Below are positions 1-8,265 of a stretch of 32,000 nucleotides of DNA, piece by piece (positions within the stretch are counted from its first letter, which is position 1; every line of letters starts with the position of its first letter). The translations under genes were made by a program, and so were the position numbers. The notes under the pieces were generated by a model. It was not told the origin of the DNA. It did not search any database and saw only the letters and a program-made list of their open reading frames with translations. This DNA is from Promethearchaeum syntrophicum. GTDB lineage: Archaea; Asgardarchaeota; Lokiarchaeia; Sigyniarchaeales; Promethearchaeaceae. The DNA lies in NCBI RefSeq assembly GCF_008000775.2, contig NZ_CP042905.2, positions 4,140,001 through 4,172,000 on the forward strand. The letters are read 5' to 3'.

Positions 1-419
1 CTCTTTACAATTGACCAAACTACAATTCTAAGAATAACTCCTCGTAGATGATATGCGTTAACTACACGAGCTTCTTCCTTTCCAATTCCTTTTGCAGACA
101 CTAATTCTTTCTTGGGAGAAATTAAATTGATTAATGAGATTGAAATTTTACCTAGGATTGCTAAAGAGAATATACGAAAAACATATAAAAATATGGCAAA
201 TAATGGTGTTAAAACTGAAATTAGAACATATTTCCAACTCGTGAATATTAAAAAGAAATCAAGAAATATGTGTTGTAAAGGAAAAATGCAGATCTTGTAA
301 TAATAATAACCCATAATTATCGAAGGAACCCAAGAATACCCCCACACAAATAAAATAACAAAAATATACTTCTCCATTTCAATTTTTGCACTTGGAGGAA
401 TACGTGGATCTCTCTTCAT
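1..419 (-). CDS. Partial CDS (N-terminal part; gene continues past the left edge): multi-pass membrane protein of unknown function
   Basis: Not in the supplied ORF track. My own reverse-complement translation from ATG (419..417) is stop-free to position 1 (139 codons): MKRDPRIPPSAKIEMEKYIFVILFVWGYSWVPSIIMGYYYYKICIFPLQHIFLDFFLIF... It has several hydrophobic helices. A stop-free run this long is unusual in AT-rich DNA. Confidence 0.5.
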   Translation of the reverse strand, partial: MKRDPRIPPSAKIEMEKYIFVILFVWGYSWVPSIIMGYYYYKICIFPLQHIFLDFFLIFTSWKYVLISVLTPLFAIFLYVFRIFSLAILGKISISLINLISPKKELVSAKGIGKEEARVVNAYHLRGVILRIVVWSIVK

Positions 420-479
420 TATGCACTTAAAATAAACTAAAAATAAAAATCATTGTTAATGATTTTTTTTAATGATTTT

Positions 480-968
480 TTAATCTGAAACCGCTTTTCG
501 TTTTGAAAAGAGGGTCTTCAACTCATCCATTATTGATCCACGTAGGGATACAGGCCCTGCTGGAGCCCCCCCTTTTGGAGGAGGTGCTCTTCCAGGAGGT
601 GGTGGTGGTGCTCCAGGAGGTGGTGACCCAGGTGGCGGTGGTGGTGCTCCGGGACCAGATGCTACTGCTGGAACAGCTAAATTTGCTCCTGCTGCAGCGG
701 CAACTCTAGATTCTACTTGCACTATTCGACCCTCCATTGCTTTTAATCGACCATCGAGACCATTAATTTGATTTGATAGTACTTGGATACTTTGATCTAC
801 CATCTCCGGAATCCTTAACGTGATTGTCATAATCTTCTCGATTACATCGCCCAATCCTTCGACTCGCTCTTTCAATGGTGCTTCACTGTAGCTATTCATT
901 ACGGAAAAGAATTCTTCAGCCATTTTAATTCGACCTAAAAATATTAAATTCAATTTACTGGTAAGCAA
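480..968 (-). CDS. Small protein with an N-terminal helical/coiled-coil region, a polyproline block and a WH2-like C-terminal motif. The likely true start is the internal ATG at 923 (MAEEFF...).
   Basis: ORF track. AGGT lies upstream of ATG 923. The Pro/Gly/Ala-rich block GPGAPPPPPGSPPPGAPPPPPGRAPPPKGGAPAGP is encoded at about 552-656, a local GC-rich island. The C-terminus is SLRGSIMDELKTLFSKRKAVSD (483-548). Confidence 0.75.
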   Translation of the reverse strand: MLTSKLNLIFLGRIKMAEEFFSVMNSYSEAPLKERVEGLGDVIEKIMTITLRIPEMVDQSIQVLSNQINGLDGRLKAMEGRIVQVESRVAAAAGANLAVPAVASGPGAPPPPPGSPPPGAPPPPPGRAPPPKGGAPAGPVSLRGSIMDELKTLFSKRKAVSD

Positions 969-1017
969 ATTGATTATTATGTAGTACTATTGGTAAAACG
1001 ATCTTAAATAATTTTAT

Positions 1018-1635
1018 TTAAAACTCCAGAAATCCAGTGTCACCCAAAATTTCCTCAATTTTTGCCCGTCTTTTGGGTTTTTCACTAACCTTACTTTCCC
1101 CTTCATCGTATGGATTATCTTCGTTTTCTTCATATATGTTTTCGAGAGTGGCATCTTCAATAAGACCAGAATCTAGTTGTTCTTGGAGTCTTTTTCCATT
1201 TTCAACGTATTTGGCTGCAGTCGCTTTCCACATCTCTGCTTGTTCCAAATCTTTTGGGTCTTTATTTTTTTGATATTCTTCAAGAGCTTTTGTGGAATTA
1301 ACATTTGCATTATCAGCTAAAAATGAATAGACTAAGGTTAATTCAGTAAATTGTTTCTTTTCCCAAAGTTTTTCTTCACGAGATGTGAGTCTAGCATATT
1401 CTTGGTCTTTATAATATATATCAATGAAATCTCCAAATGCATCAACGGGTTCTGTGAGGTCATTCTTGGAAACTTTCTGAGATACACCACAATGTCCGCA
1501 AATTACTTCGACATCTTCTTCTTTTGAAGTTACTTTCGCTTTGACTGTCTTGTGTCCGCATTTTGGGCAGGTAAAGATCTTGGGAAGTGATCTTACTCTT
1601 CTATAAACAATTTTTTTTCTTTTGCGTCGACCCAC
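1018..1635 (-). CDS. elf1: Transcription elongation factor Elf1 homologue (zinc ribbon) with a long acidic C-terminal extension
   Basis: GTG start. The basic N-terminus MGRRKRKK is followed by FTCPKCGH...VICGHCG...LTEPVDAFGDFIDIYY. This matches the Elf1 pattern: basic tail, CxxC-x(n)-CxxC, and the (S/T)EP(I/V)D..(S/G)D(W/F)ID motif. About 125 additional residues are rich in E/D/K. Confidence 0.85.
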   Translation of the reverse strand: MGRRKRKKIVYRRVRSLPKIFTCPKCGHKTVKAKVTSKEEDVEVICGHCGVSQKVSKNDLTEPVDAFGDFIDIYYKDQEYARLTSREEKLWEKKQFTELTLVYSFLADNANVNSTKALEEYQKNKDPKDLEQAEMWKATAAKYVENGKRLQEQLDSGLIEDATLENIYEENEDNPYDEGESKVSEKPKRRAKIEEILGDTGFLEF

Positions 1636-1789
1636 GTTAACTCGTATAAAATAAAGAAACCTAATGCAATAAATTTTATGGTCTTATTTTAGAAAGATTT
1701 TTTGGTCATGCTACATTGAATAAATTAAGTTTTTGCAATACATTTTTCGCAAATGAGTGATATTTCGCCATGAATAATAGGAGATCAAT

Positions 1790-2941
1790 ATGACAGAAGA
1801 CCACACAACCTTAGATTTAGAATATGATAGAATGTTATTAGAAGACGTATTTGATTCCCCAAATCTCAGGTACGTATCGTTGTATATGTATATAATTCGG
1901 AAAGATTTATTCCAAGATTTACTGGATGATGATGTCATTGAACAATTTGAAACTATAACATCACTAGATGAACCAACTGTGGAGGATATAACTAGAATAT
2001 GCACAGGAGATTTTATTAAAGCATTATTTCAATATAAAATGATTACCAATCTTCGATCCTATGAAATCTTTCAATCTAAGGGAAATGATTTTAAAATTCG
2101 GTTTGCTAAAGGATTAAATCTAACCCATGATGAATTATCAGAATCCGAAGAGGAAGTTCATATATTTTTCAACGAAGCATATTTAGAAAGAATTTTAAAT
2201 CCTATCATTCCAGAAATGACACAGACTCGAATACATGAATCACTGGAAAGACTTAGAGCGATGATGTGTCCGAAATCATCTATGATTCATGAACTTGTTC
2301 ATAAATATGGGGATTTTTATGTAATTGATGATGATTTCTACTATATTATTGAGGAATTTGGAAATCCCTATCAAGCTTTAAGGATTGAATTAATGATTCG
2401 TGCAATGTCAAGCAAATACAAAGAAATTGAAAGTAATATAAATGAAGTATTAAAGCAATATGATTCTTCAATAGTTAAAGCACCAATAATGAAGAAATTG
2501 AAGCAGGCTAAAGAGAAAGGGAAAGAGGATTATGTTAAATATTTGATCGATAAATCACGTAAAAAAACTCTCCCCCATAAATTTTGGGTTGAATTTCCAG
2601 ATATTGAAATTCCAGATAATTATGTTAAATGGAAAGATTCTTTAAATCAGCTATTTAACCTTAAACTAAAATTTATAGATATTGATCTTAAAATGGATGA
2701 GTTAAGAGCACATTATTCAGGCAAAAACCAAAAAATGACTTATTTGAAATTCATTCAAAAATCTACATATGATGAAGACAATATATCAGAAAGAATTAAG
2801 ACTTTATTAATCGAAGCGCGAAATTCTTTGAAGGAAGTAAGTGAGAATTTAGAGAAATATCCTAAGAAAGAAATGAAATTACTAAATTTAGATATCGAAC
2901 GAATGATAATTGAAAAAGGATTAGATGAGGAAGAAGACTAG
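1790..2941 (+). CDS. Hypothetical protein, operon gene 1 (383 aa, helical, acidic C-terminus)
   Basis: Long ORF in AT-rich DNA. AGGAG sits 6 nt upstream of the ATG. The stop abuts the next gene's start. No motif recognised. Confidence 0.8.
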   Translation: MTEDHTTLDLEYDRMLLEDVFDSPNLRYVSLYMYIIRKDLFQDLLDDDVIEQFETITSLDEPTVEDITRICTGDFIKALFQYKMITNLRSYEIFQSKGNDFKIRFAKGLNLTHDELSESEEEVHIFFNEAYLERILNPIIPEMTQTRIHESLERLRAMMCPKSSMIHELVHKYGDFYVIDDDFYYIIEEFGNPYQALRIELMIRAMSSKYKEIESNINEVLKQYDSSIVKAPIMKKLKQAKEKGKEDYVKYLIDKSRKKTLPHKFWVEFPDIEIPDNYVKWKDSLNQLFNLKLKFIDIDLKMDELRAHYSGKNQKMTYLKFIQKSTYDEDNISERIKTLLIEARNSLKEVSENLEKYPKKEMKLLNLDIERMIIEKGLDEEED

Positions 2942-3916
2942 GTGAAAAATATGGGTGAAATTTGTCCAGCATGTGGAGAAGCAGAACTAACTGAATTAGT
3001 ACCGGGAGTAAAAAGTTGCCCCGCTTGTCGAAAGGTATTTCGTTCGAAGGTTGAAAAGAAAAAAATTCAAAAATCGGAAGGAAAACTTCTTGATGGGGAG
3101 TATTGGATGAAAAATACTACTCTTAATCCAAAATATGAAATTGCCGATAAAGGAATAACGATTTTTAGGGAGGAAAATAAGTTATGGTTTGCAGTTTTAT
3201 TGTGTCATACCCCTGATTTCCCTGATTCAAAATATATTCGATTATCTTGGTGGAAAAAAAGTGTGAATATCCATGCGGGTATGTTTAAAATTGAAGATTT
3301 GGATGAATTAGAAAATGTTTTAATCGCATTGAATCGTATTGAAGAAGATTTCGATGAATATTTTGAAGTAAAGGATAATAAGAAAATTTCATATGAGCCT
3401 ATTCCAGAAAGAAAGGATATTGATGATGAATCTTATGTTTTTAATCTAACTAAAAGAAAATGCCCAAAATGTGGTTGGAAAATGAAAAAAAGTAAAAATC
3501 ATCGCTATTATGAATGTGAAAAATGCGGAGAAATTATCGTATTAGATGATGGGCATCCGATTTATGATATCCCATCAAAATATTTACCAATGTCATATTC
3601 AACTAATTACCCTATCAATTTCTATTTACCCAATTATGGAATTACAGTTAGTAATAAAATGGGGAATTGGAAAGCGATTATCACAATCCATGCAAAAGAA
3701 AACCCCGACAAAAGATGGTTACGATTTTATTGGTGGAGAAGAAATTTCCAACATTATATGACTAGTCAATACTCACTTGGTTCATCCCAAGGATTAAAAT
3801 GGGAAACGCGAAAAGGAGTTATGTCACCCAACATCTATGATAAGAAGTTGATAGCCCCACTAATTAAAGGATTAGAAGAAATGAAGAAAATTTGGTTAAT
3901 GAGTAAAGAGGAATAG
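2942..3916 (+). CDS. Double zinc-ribbon protein with internal two-fold duplication, operon gene 2
   Basis: GTG at 2942, or ATG 9 nt downstream. Ribbon 1 is CPACGEAELTELVPGVKSCPAC and ribbon 2 is CPKCGWKMKKSKNHRYYECEKCG. Each ribbon is followed by a roughly 110-aa domain carrying a WW(K/R)(K/R) motif: YIRLSWWKK and WLRFYWWRR. Confidence 0.8.
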   Translation: MKNMGEICPACGEAELTELVPGVKSCPACRKVFRSKVEKKKIQKSEGKLLDGEYWMKNTTLNPKYEIADKGITIFREENKLWFAVLLCHTPDFPDSKYIRLSWWKKSVNIHAGMFKIEDLDELENVLIALNRIEEDFDEYFEVKDNKKISYEPIPERKDIDDESYVFNLTKRKCPKCGWKMKKSKNHRYYECEKCGEIIVLDDGHPIYDIPSKYLPMSYSTNYPINFYLPNYGITVSNKMGNWKAIITIHAKENPDKRWLRFYWWRRNFQHYMTSQYSLGSSQGLKWETRKGVMSPNIYDKKLIAPLIKGLEEMKKIWLMSKEE

Positions 3917-3918
3917 AG

Positions 3919-5064
3919 ATGGAAAACGAATTAGAAAGCGATTTATGGTCAGAATTGATAGAAAAATTTGGAAATTCTATAAAAAAATCCTTAGAAGTAA
4001 TCAAGGAAAGAGATATTGAGAATATTCCAGGAGCAAAAGAACAATTAATAAGACGCTTTGAAGAATTAAATCGATATCTTCCACGAAATAATGGAGAAAT
4101 TATGATTAAAAGTATAGATGAATCGATTTCGAACTCATTTTTTCCTCAAACCAACAAATTAGCTGTAGCATTTGAAAAAATTTTAAAAACTCTCGAACAA
4201 CAGCATGAAAATGCATTTATAATTAATGAATTAATTAATGGGTTTGTTGCCAGTCAAAGTAAATCGTTTGGATCCTTTAAAGAAGGGCCTATTATAGATC
4301 GTATTATTGAAGCCTTTAAAAAATCAAAGAATTTTCGTATATCTGATTATTCTTTTTATGCAATGTTTGGAAACCCAAATAAACCCAGAAAAAATCTCCA
4401 AACTAATTTGAAATCAATAGCAGAATTTCTTGGATTAGTAAAAGAAGAAAAAATATATGCACGTGATCTTGCTAGAAGTGAGGAAAAAGCAGTTAATTTC
4501 TATACATTCCCTCCGGAAATCTTAGAATTATTAGAAGGAACCTATATTATTCACACTGAAAAAGGCGAGACAATTATTAATGATGATTTTGATAAGAACG
4601 TCTTTACCAGCTTATTCTTGGCAAGATATTCAGTTGGGAGAAAAAACCTAGATGCCTACAAAATAAATGGAATCTGTGCAATTTTTGCTCTTATTCTCAT
4701 ATTAAGCTTTATGCCTAAAGTTAAATTAGCGGAAAATAACCCTATTTTACGTGATCGTAATTATGATTCCCAAAATATGAGTGTGATTCCGAAATCTTGG
4801 ATGATGAAAGAAGTTTTAGTAGAGTTACTTCCTAGCACTATCGAAATAGTAGCATATAGAATGGGAGCATCTCTATGGTATAATAAAATCGAAAAATCTG
4901 ATGCTCAAAAACGATTGCATCTTCAAACTCGATTTTTAATTAAGGATGTTAATAAATGGGTACTAGGAAACTTGTGTAGAGTAGAAATCCCAATATTTGT
5001 TGAAATAAGTAATATTTTCCAGGAAATTACTGTAGATGGAACAGATACGGATTATAATAATTAA
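3919..5064 (+). CDS. Hypothetical protein, operon gene 3 (381 aa)
   Basis: GAGGA lies upstream of the ATG, with a 2-nt gap from gene 2. One segment, VFTSLFLARYSVGRKNLDAYKINGICAIFALILIL, resembles a segment of gene 4. Confidence 0.8.
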   Translation: MENELESDLWSELIEKFGNSIKKSLEVIKERDIENIPGAKEQLIRRFEELNRYLPRNNGEIMIKSIDESISNSFFPQTNKLAVAFEKILKTLEQQHENAFIINELINGFVASQSKSFGSFKEGPIIDRIIEAFKKSKNFRISDYSFYAMFGNPNKPRKNLQTNLKSIAEFLGLVKEEKIYARDLARSEEKAVNFYTFPPEILELLEGTYIIHTEKGETIINDDFDKNVFTSLFLARYSVGRKNLDAYKINGICAIFALILILSFMPKVKLAENNPILRDRNYDSQNMSVIPKSWMMKEVLVELLPSTIEIVAYRMGASLWYNKIEKSDAQKRLHLQTRFLIKDVNKWVLGNLCRVEIPIFVEISNIFQEITVDGTDTDYNN

Positions 5065-5084
5065 CACATATACGGTGAAAAATC

Positions 5085-6332
5085 ATGGCACGTGAAAGAT
5101 GGGAAGAAATTGTAGCATATTATAAAACTTACATTTCGATACTTCAACCTTTATTGAAAGAAACCAGAAGACTTTTCTTAGATTTGACTTCAGAAGAATT
5201 ACTGGATTTTTCAGCTTTACAAGAAAAATTGGAAGAGGAAACTAAAAGAAAAATCAATACAGTAAAAGCCATTGCAGAATTTAATGCTTTTTTCAGGAAA
5301 GAGATTTTTAAACATATTCTTAACTATATCGGAGAAGTTCAGAAAGATTTTGAAGTCCTTGATATAAAGGATAATATAATAGATTTCCTAGATGAATCTA
5401 TTCATGCATTTGATGGTTTATTAGCCTTAATTCAAGAAGATTTTTCAAAACAAGAAGGATCCCCCTTGAATTTTCTGTTCGACTTGTTAAATGAAATATT
5501 ACTTCCAAATGGAGATAATCTGGAAAGTATTTATGAACAGTTATTAGAAAAATCTGAAGAGTGGTATGAAGCTCAAAGGCATATTCTTAGCCCAACTACA
5601 TTTTATAGGGAAAAAATTGGAGAAATGACAATTCCTGGATTAAGTCCAAAAACATATCAGATTATAAATGGGATTACCTCACTTTTTAACCTCGATCCAA
5701 ATTATTTGGATATGGATGAAAATCCTAATTATGTTGTACCTGCAATTATGGTCTCTGACATTTTTGAACCTTACATAGATAATATTGCAAATGCTGAGGA
5801 AGAGTCAATTAAAAGAATTTGCAGTAGATTGGAATTACGAATCACTGATGGAATTTTTATATCTCCCTCAGAGGAATTATTACAATTAGCAGAACCGCAT
5901 AACTTTTTCAGTAGACAAAATGATTCAGATGGAAAAACTCGTTGGATTCCTCAATTCAGTAATGAAACATTTGTATTATTATACTTAGCAAAGGTATCCA
6001 TGCGAAGAGGGTTCCTTTCAAAAGAACTAATTAATTGGATATCGATGAATTTCTCATTTATTATTTATAACACAGTTTTACACGCAAATCTATCCGATGA
6101 GAATATTTTTTATAATTTATTCTTAGATCTTAAAACTGAAGAAAAAATCATTCCGTATTTAATGAAAATCTTGTGTTTTGAGAATTATCTTAGATTAGAC
6201 AGAACTAAAATACGTGATTCTCCGGTATACAGGAAAGAACTATTCAATTTTCTAGGATCAAAAATTGAAATAATTGATAAAATAACATATCTACTAGTAG
6301 AGAAATATGAAAAATTTATGAATCCTAAATAA
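5085..6332 (+). CDS. Hypothetical protein, operon gene 4 (415 aa), possible distant paralogue of gene 3
   Basis: GGTGA lies upstream of the ATG. The segment TFVLLYLAKVSMRRGFLSKELINWISMNFSFIIYN aligns by eye with the gene 3 segment (shared pattern F..L.LA[RK].S..R..L....IN.I...F..I). Confidence 0.8.
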   Translation: MARERWEEIVAYYKTYISILQPLLKETRRLFLDLTSEELLDFSALQEKLEEETKRKINTVKAIAEFNAFFRKEIFKHILNYIGEVQKDFEVLDIKDNIIDFLDESIHAFDGLLALIQEDFSKQEGSPLNFLFDLLNEILLPNGDNLESIYEQLLEKSEEWYEAQRHILSPTTFYREKIGEMTIPGLSPKTYQIINGITSLFNLDPNYLDMDENPNYVVPAIMVSDIFEPYIDNIANAEEESIKRICSRLELRITDGIFISPSEELLQLAEPHNFFSRQNDSDGKTRWIPQFSNETFVLLYLAKVSMRRGFLSKELINWISMNFSFIIYNTVLHANLSDENIFYNLFLDLKTEEKIIPYLMKILCFENYLRLDRTKIRDSPVYRKELFNFLGSKIEIIDKITYLLVEKYEKFMNPK

Positions 6333-6352
6333 AAAAAAAAAAGTGAAAAATA

Positions 6353-7423
6353 ATGACATTTACAATTGAAGAAATGCAACAGCGTTTCAGAAAATTTGGG
6401 ACAATTTATTCAGGTGATGATATCAGAGAAGATGTTGAAGATATTATCGGATTGGAAGATAAAAAAGAGATGATGGCTGATTTTTTTCTATCATTAAAAA
6501 AATATGGCGACATAGCTTCTAACTTACAAGCTGCAAAAATCGCACCTAATTTTACTATGTTACTATATGGCCCTCCTGGAACAGGCAAAACAGCATTAAC
6601 TAGAGCAATGGCAAAGAAATACGAGATTCCAATGGGACTAGTTGATGCAGATAGGTTAGTATCTCCATTATTGGGAGATACTGTGAAAAATATTCGAGGA
6701 GTATTCGATTTAGCAGCAGAATTTTCAAAGGAAAATGGCGTATTTCTTCTTTTTTTTGATGAAATTGATGCCATAACAGGAGAACGTGCAAATGCACATG
6801 AAGTAGGTGAAATTAAAAGAGCAGTCATATCTTTCTTACAAATAATTGATAAAATTTCTTATGATGCTATCCCTCTAGCAATCTTCGGAGCAACGAATCA
6901 TGAAAAACAATTAGATTCAGCCATATGGAGAAGATTTACGTATCATTTAAAATTTCAATTTCCAAATTTTATTGTTCGTAAAAATATCCTAGAATCTTTC
7001 ATTCTCCGAGTTGAAAAAGCAACAATTGGAATAGATCCACGCTTAACGGAATCAATTGAATCAGAATATAAATTTTTATTCCAGAGATATTCAAAATTGA
7101 AAGAAAAATTAGGAAGAGAATTGAACGACGAAGAATATTATGGAATTTTTGATGAATTGAAACAAAAGGGTAAAGAAGGAATTCTATATCATACTTTAGG
7201 ATATACAGGGGCAGATTTAATGCGGGCAATGAGGGTAGCTTTGTTCAAAGCATTACAAAAGAATATGTTGTTGTATGATGATTATTTTCGATCCTTAGAA
7301 TTAGTCGGAGGAACTGAAACACACGTTTTACAAGGATTACGACTAGCTAAAGAGAATTCAGCAAACCAAGAGGAAAATAAACCTCCTACAAGTGATTTAA
7401 GTGATTTTGATATAGATATTTAA
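6353..7423 (+). CDS. Classic-clade AAA ATPase with a very short N-terminal region and an acidic C-terminal tail, operon gene 5
   Basis: Walker A is GPPGTGKT (about 6569-6592) and Walker B is LLFFDEID (D-E at 6758-6763). Sensor-1/SRH reads GATNHEKQLDSAIWRRF. The lid motif is GYTGADLMRAMRVAL. No MIT, CDC48-N or other N-domain is seen. Confidence 0.9.
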   Translation: MTFTIEEMQQRFRKFGTIYSGDDIREDVEDIIGLEDKKEMMADFFLSLKKYGDIASNLQAAKIAPNFTMLLYGPPGTGKTALTRAMAKKYEIPMGLVDADRLVSPLLGDTVKNIRGVFDLAAEFSKENGVFLLFFDEIDAITGERANAHEVGEIKRAVISFLQIIDKISYDAIPLAIFGATNHEKQLDSAIWRRFTYHLKFQFPNFIVRKNILESFILRVEKATIGIDPRLTESIESEYKFLFQRYSKLKEKLGRELNDEEYYGIFDELKQKGKEGILYHTLGYTGADLMRAMRVALFKALQKNMLLYDDYFRSLELVGGTETHVLQGLRLAKENSANQEENKPPTSDLSDFDIDI

Positions 7424-7566
7424 ACGAATCGAGGGGAATTATAATTTTAGAAAGAAATTACACTGATATTAAAATAATAAATCGGGATTCTGTTCAATTT
7501 TTTTCGGAAATCATCGATTCCATTAAAGAAAATCAGAGTAATTTAGATGAACCTGCAGATTCTTAT

Positions 7567-8265
7567 ATGGAATTACTTTCTGAACAGATTAATAATAATA
7601 TCTCCGATATGGCAATAATTTTTAAGAAAATTCAGAAATTTCTAACTGAAGATTATCAAAACGAACTGTTTTTTGACATGCAAAATCTTTCAAAATATTC
7701 AATTGTAAAAGAAATAGGTATTAATCTTCTTAAAAATCGAATTCTCGAAAAACCAATAGAAAGCGATAATATTGTATTTGCAATATATAAAAAATATTGG
7801 GACGCATTGCTACAAAGAATGATTAAATCTTCTAAATTCAATTCTACAATAGAAAAACTAAAAAATTTTCATTATGAGGCTATTAATGATAAAATTAATG
7901 AAGAACTAAAGAAAATCCCAATAGAGATAGATCCAAGTGTAAGGGATGACTACAAAAAAGCATATTATAGTAATCCTTTAACTTTTAGTGAATATCTAAA
8001 TTTTGAACAGAAAAAGCATAAAGAAAGCCAATATTCTCAAGAACAACCAGATTCTTTTAATTCCTCAGAGAAATTACGGAAAGAATTTGTGATGGCCGTT
8101 GAAAAAAAAAAAATTGACAAGAAAAAGGAAGAACAGGAAAAGCAATTTGATAATTATAATGCGTATTTCAACATGGATGATCGCCAATTACAACGCGCTA
8201 AAAGAAATGGAAAAATGAGAAGAAAATATACTAAAAAAACGCGAAAGGAGAAATACAAAAAATGA
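7567..8265 (+). CDS. Hypothetical helical protein with a strongly basic K/R-rich C-terminal tail, operon gene 6. The N-terminus may extend upstream to about 7438.
   Basis: The C-terminus is RAKRNGKMRRKYTKKTRKEKYKK. The stop overlaps the next start (ATGA at 8262-8265). The reading frame is open upstream to 7411, with GAGGGG (7431-7436) preceding ATT/ATA codons. Confidence 0.75.
   Translation: MELLSEQINNNISDMAIIFKKIQKFLTEDYQNELFFDMQNLSKYSIVKEIGINLLKNRILEKPIESDNIVFAIYKKYWDALLQRMIKSSKFNSTIEKLKNFHYEAINDKINEELKKIPIEIDPSVRDDYKKAYYSNPLTFSEYLNFEQKKHKESQYSQEQPDSFNSSEKLRKEFVMAVEKKKIDKKKEEQEKQFDNYNAYFNMDDRQLQRAKRNGKMRRKYTKKTRKEKYKK

Noticed and set aside
112-300. 62-aa + strand ORF from the track
   Set aside because: It lies entirely inside a longer stop-free minus-strand frame (1-419) that encodes a plausible membrane protein with an ATG start. 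The + strand peptide is low-complexity K/N-rich with no RBS.
503-709. 68-aa + strand ORF antisense to the polyproline gene (also 1037-1273 antisense to elf1)
   Set aside because: These are shadow ORFs created by the GC-rich Pro/Gly codons and by the opposite-strand coding frame. The minus-strand products have clear motifs.
1645-1655. TATA-like tataaaataaa as the elf1 promoter element
   Set aside because: Its centre is only about 15 nt from the GTG start, too close for the usual TATA-to-TSS spacing of about 26 nt. A-T-rich strings are ubiquitous here, so no promoter call was made.
6406-7229. Minus-strand ORFs inside the AAA ATPase gene (6406-6828, 6600-6797, 6999-7229)
   Set aside because: They are antisense to a gene with unambiguous Walker A/B and SRH motifs. 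Their peptides are low-complexity.
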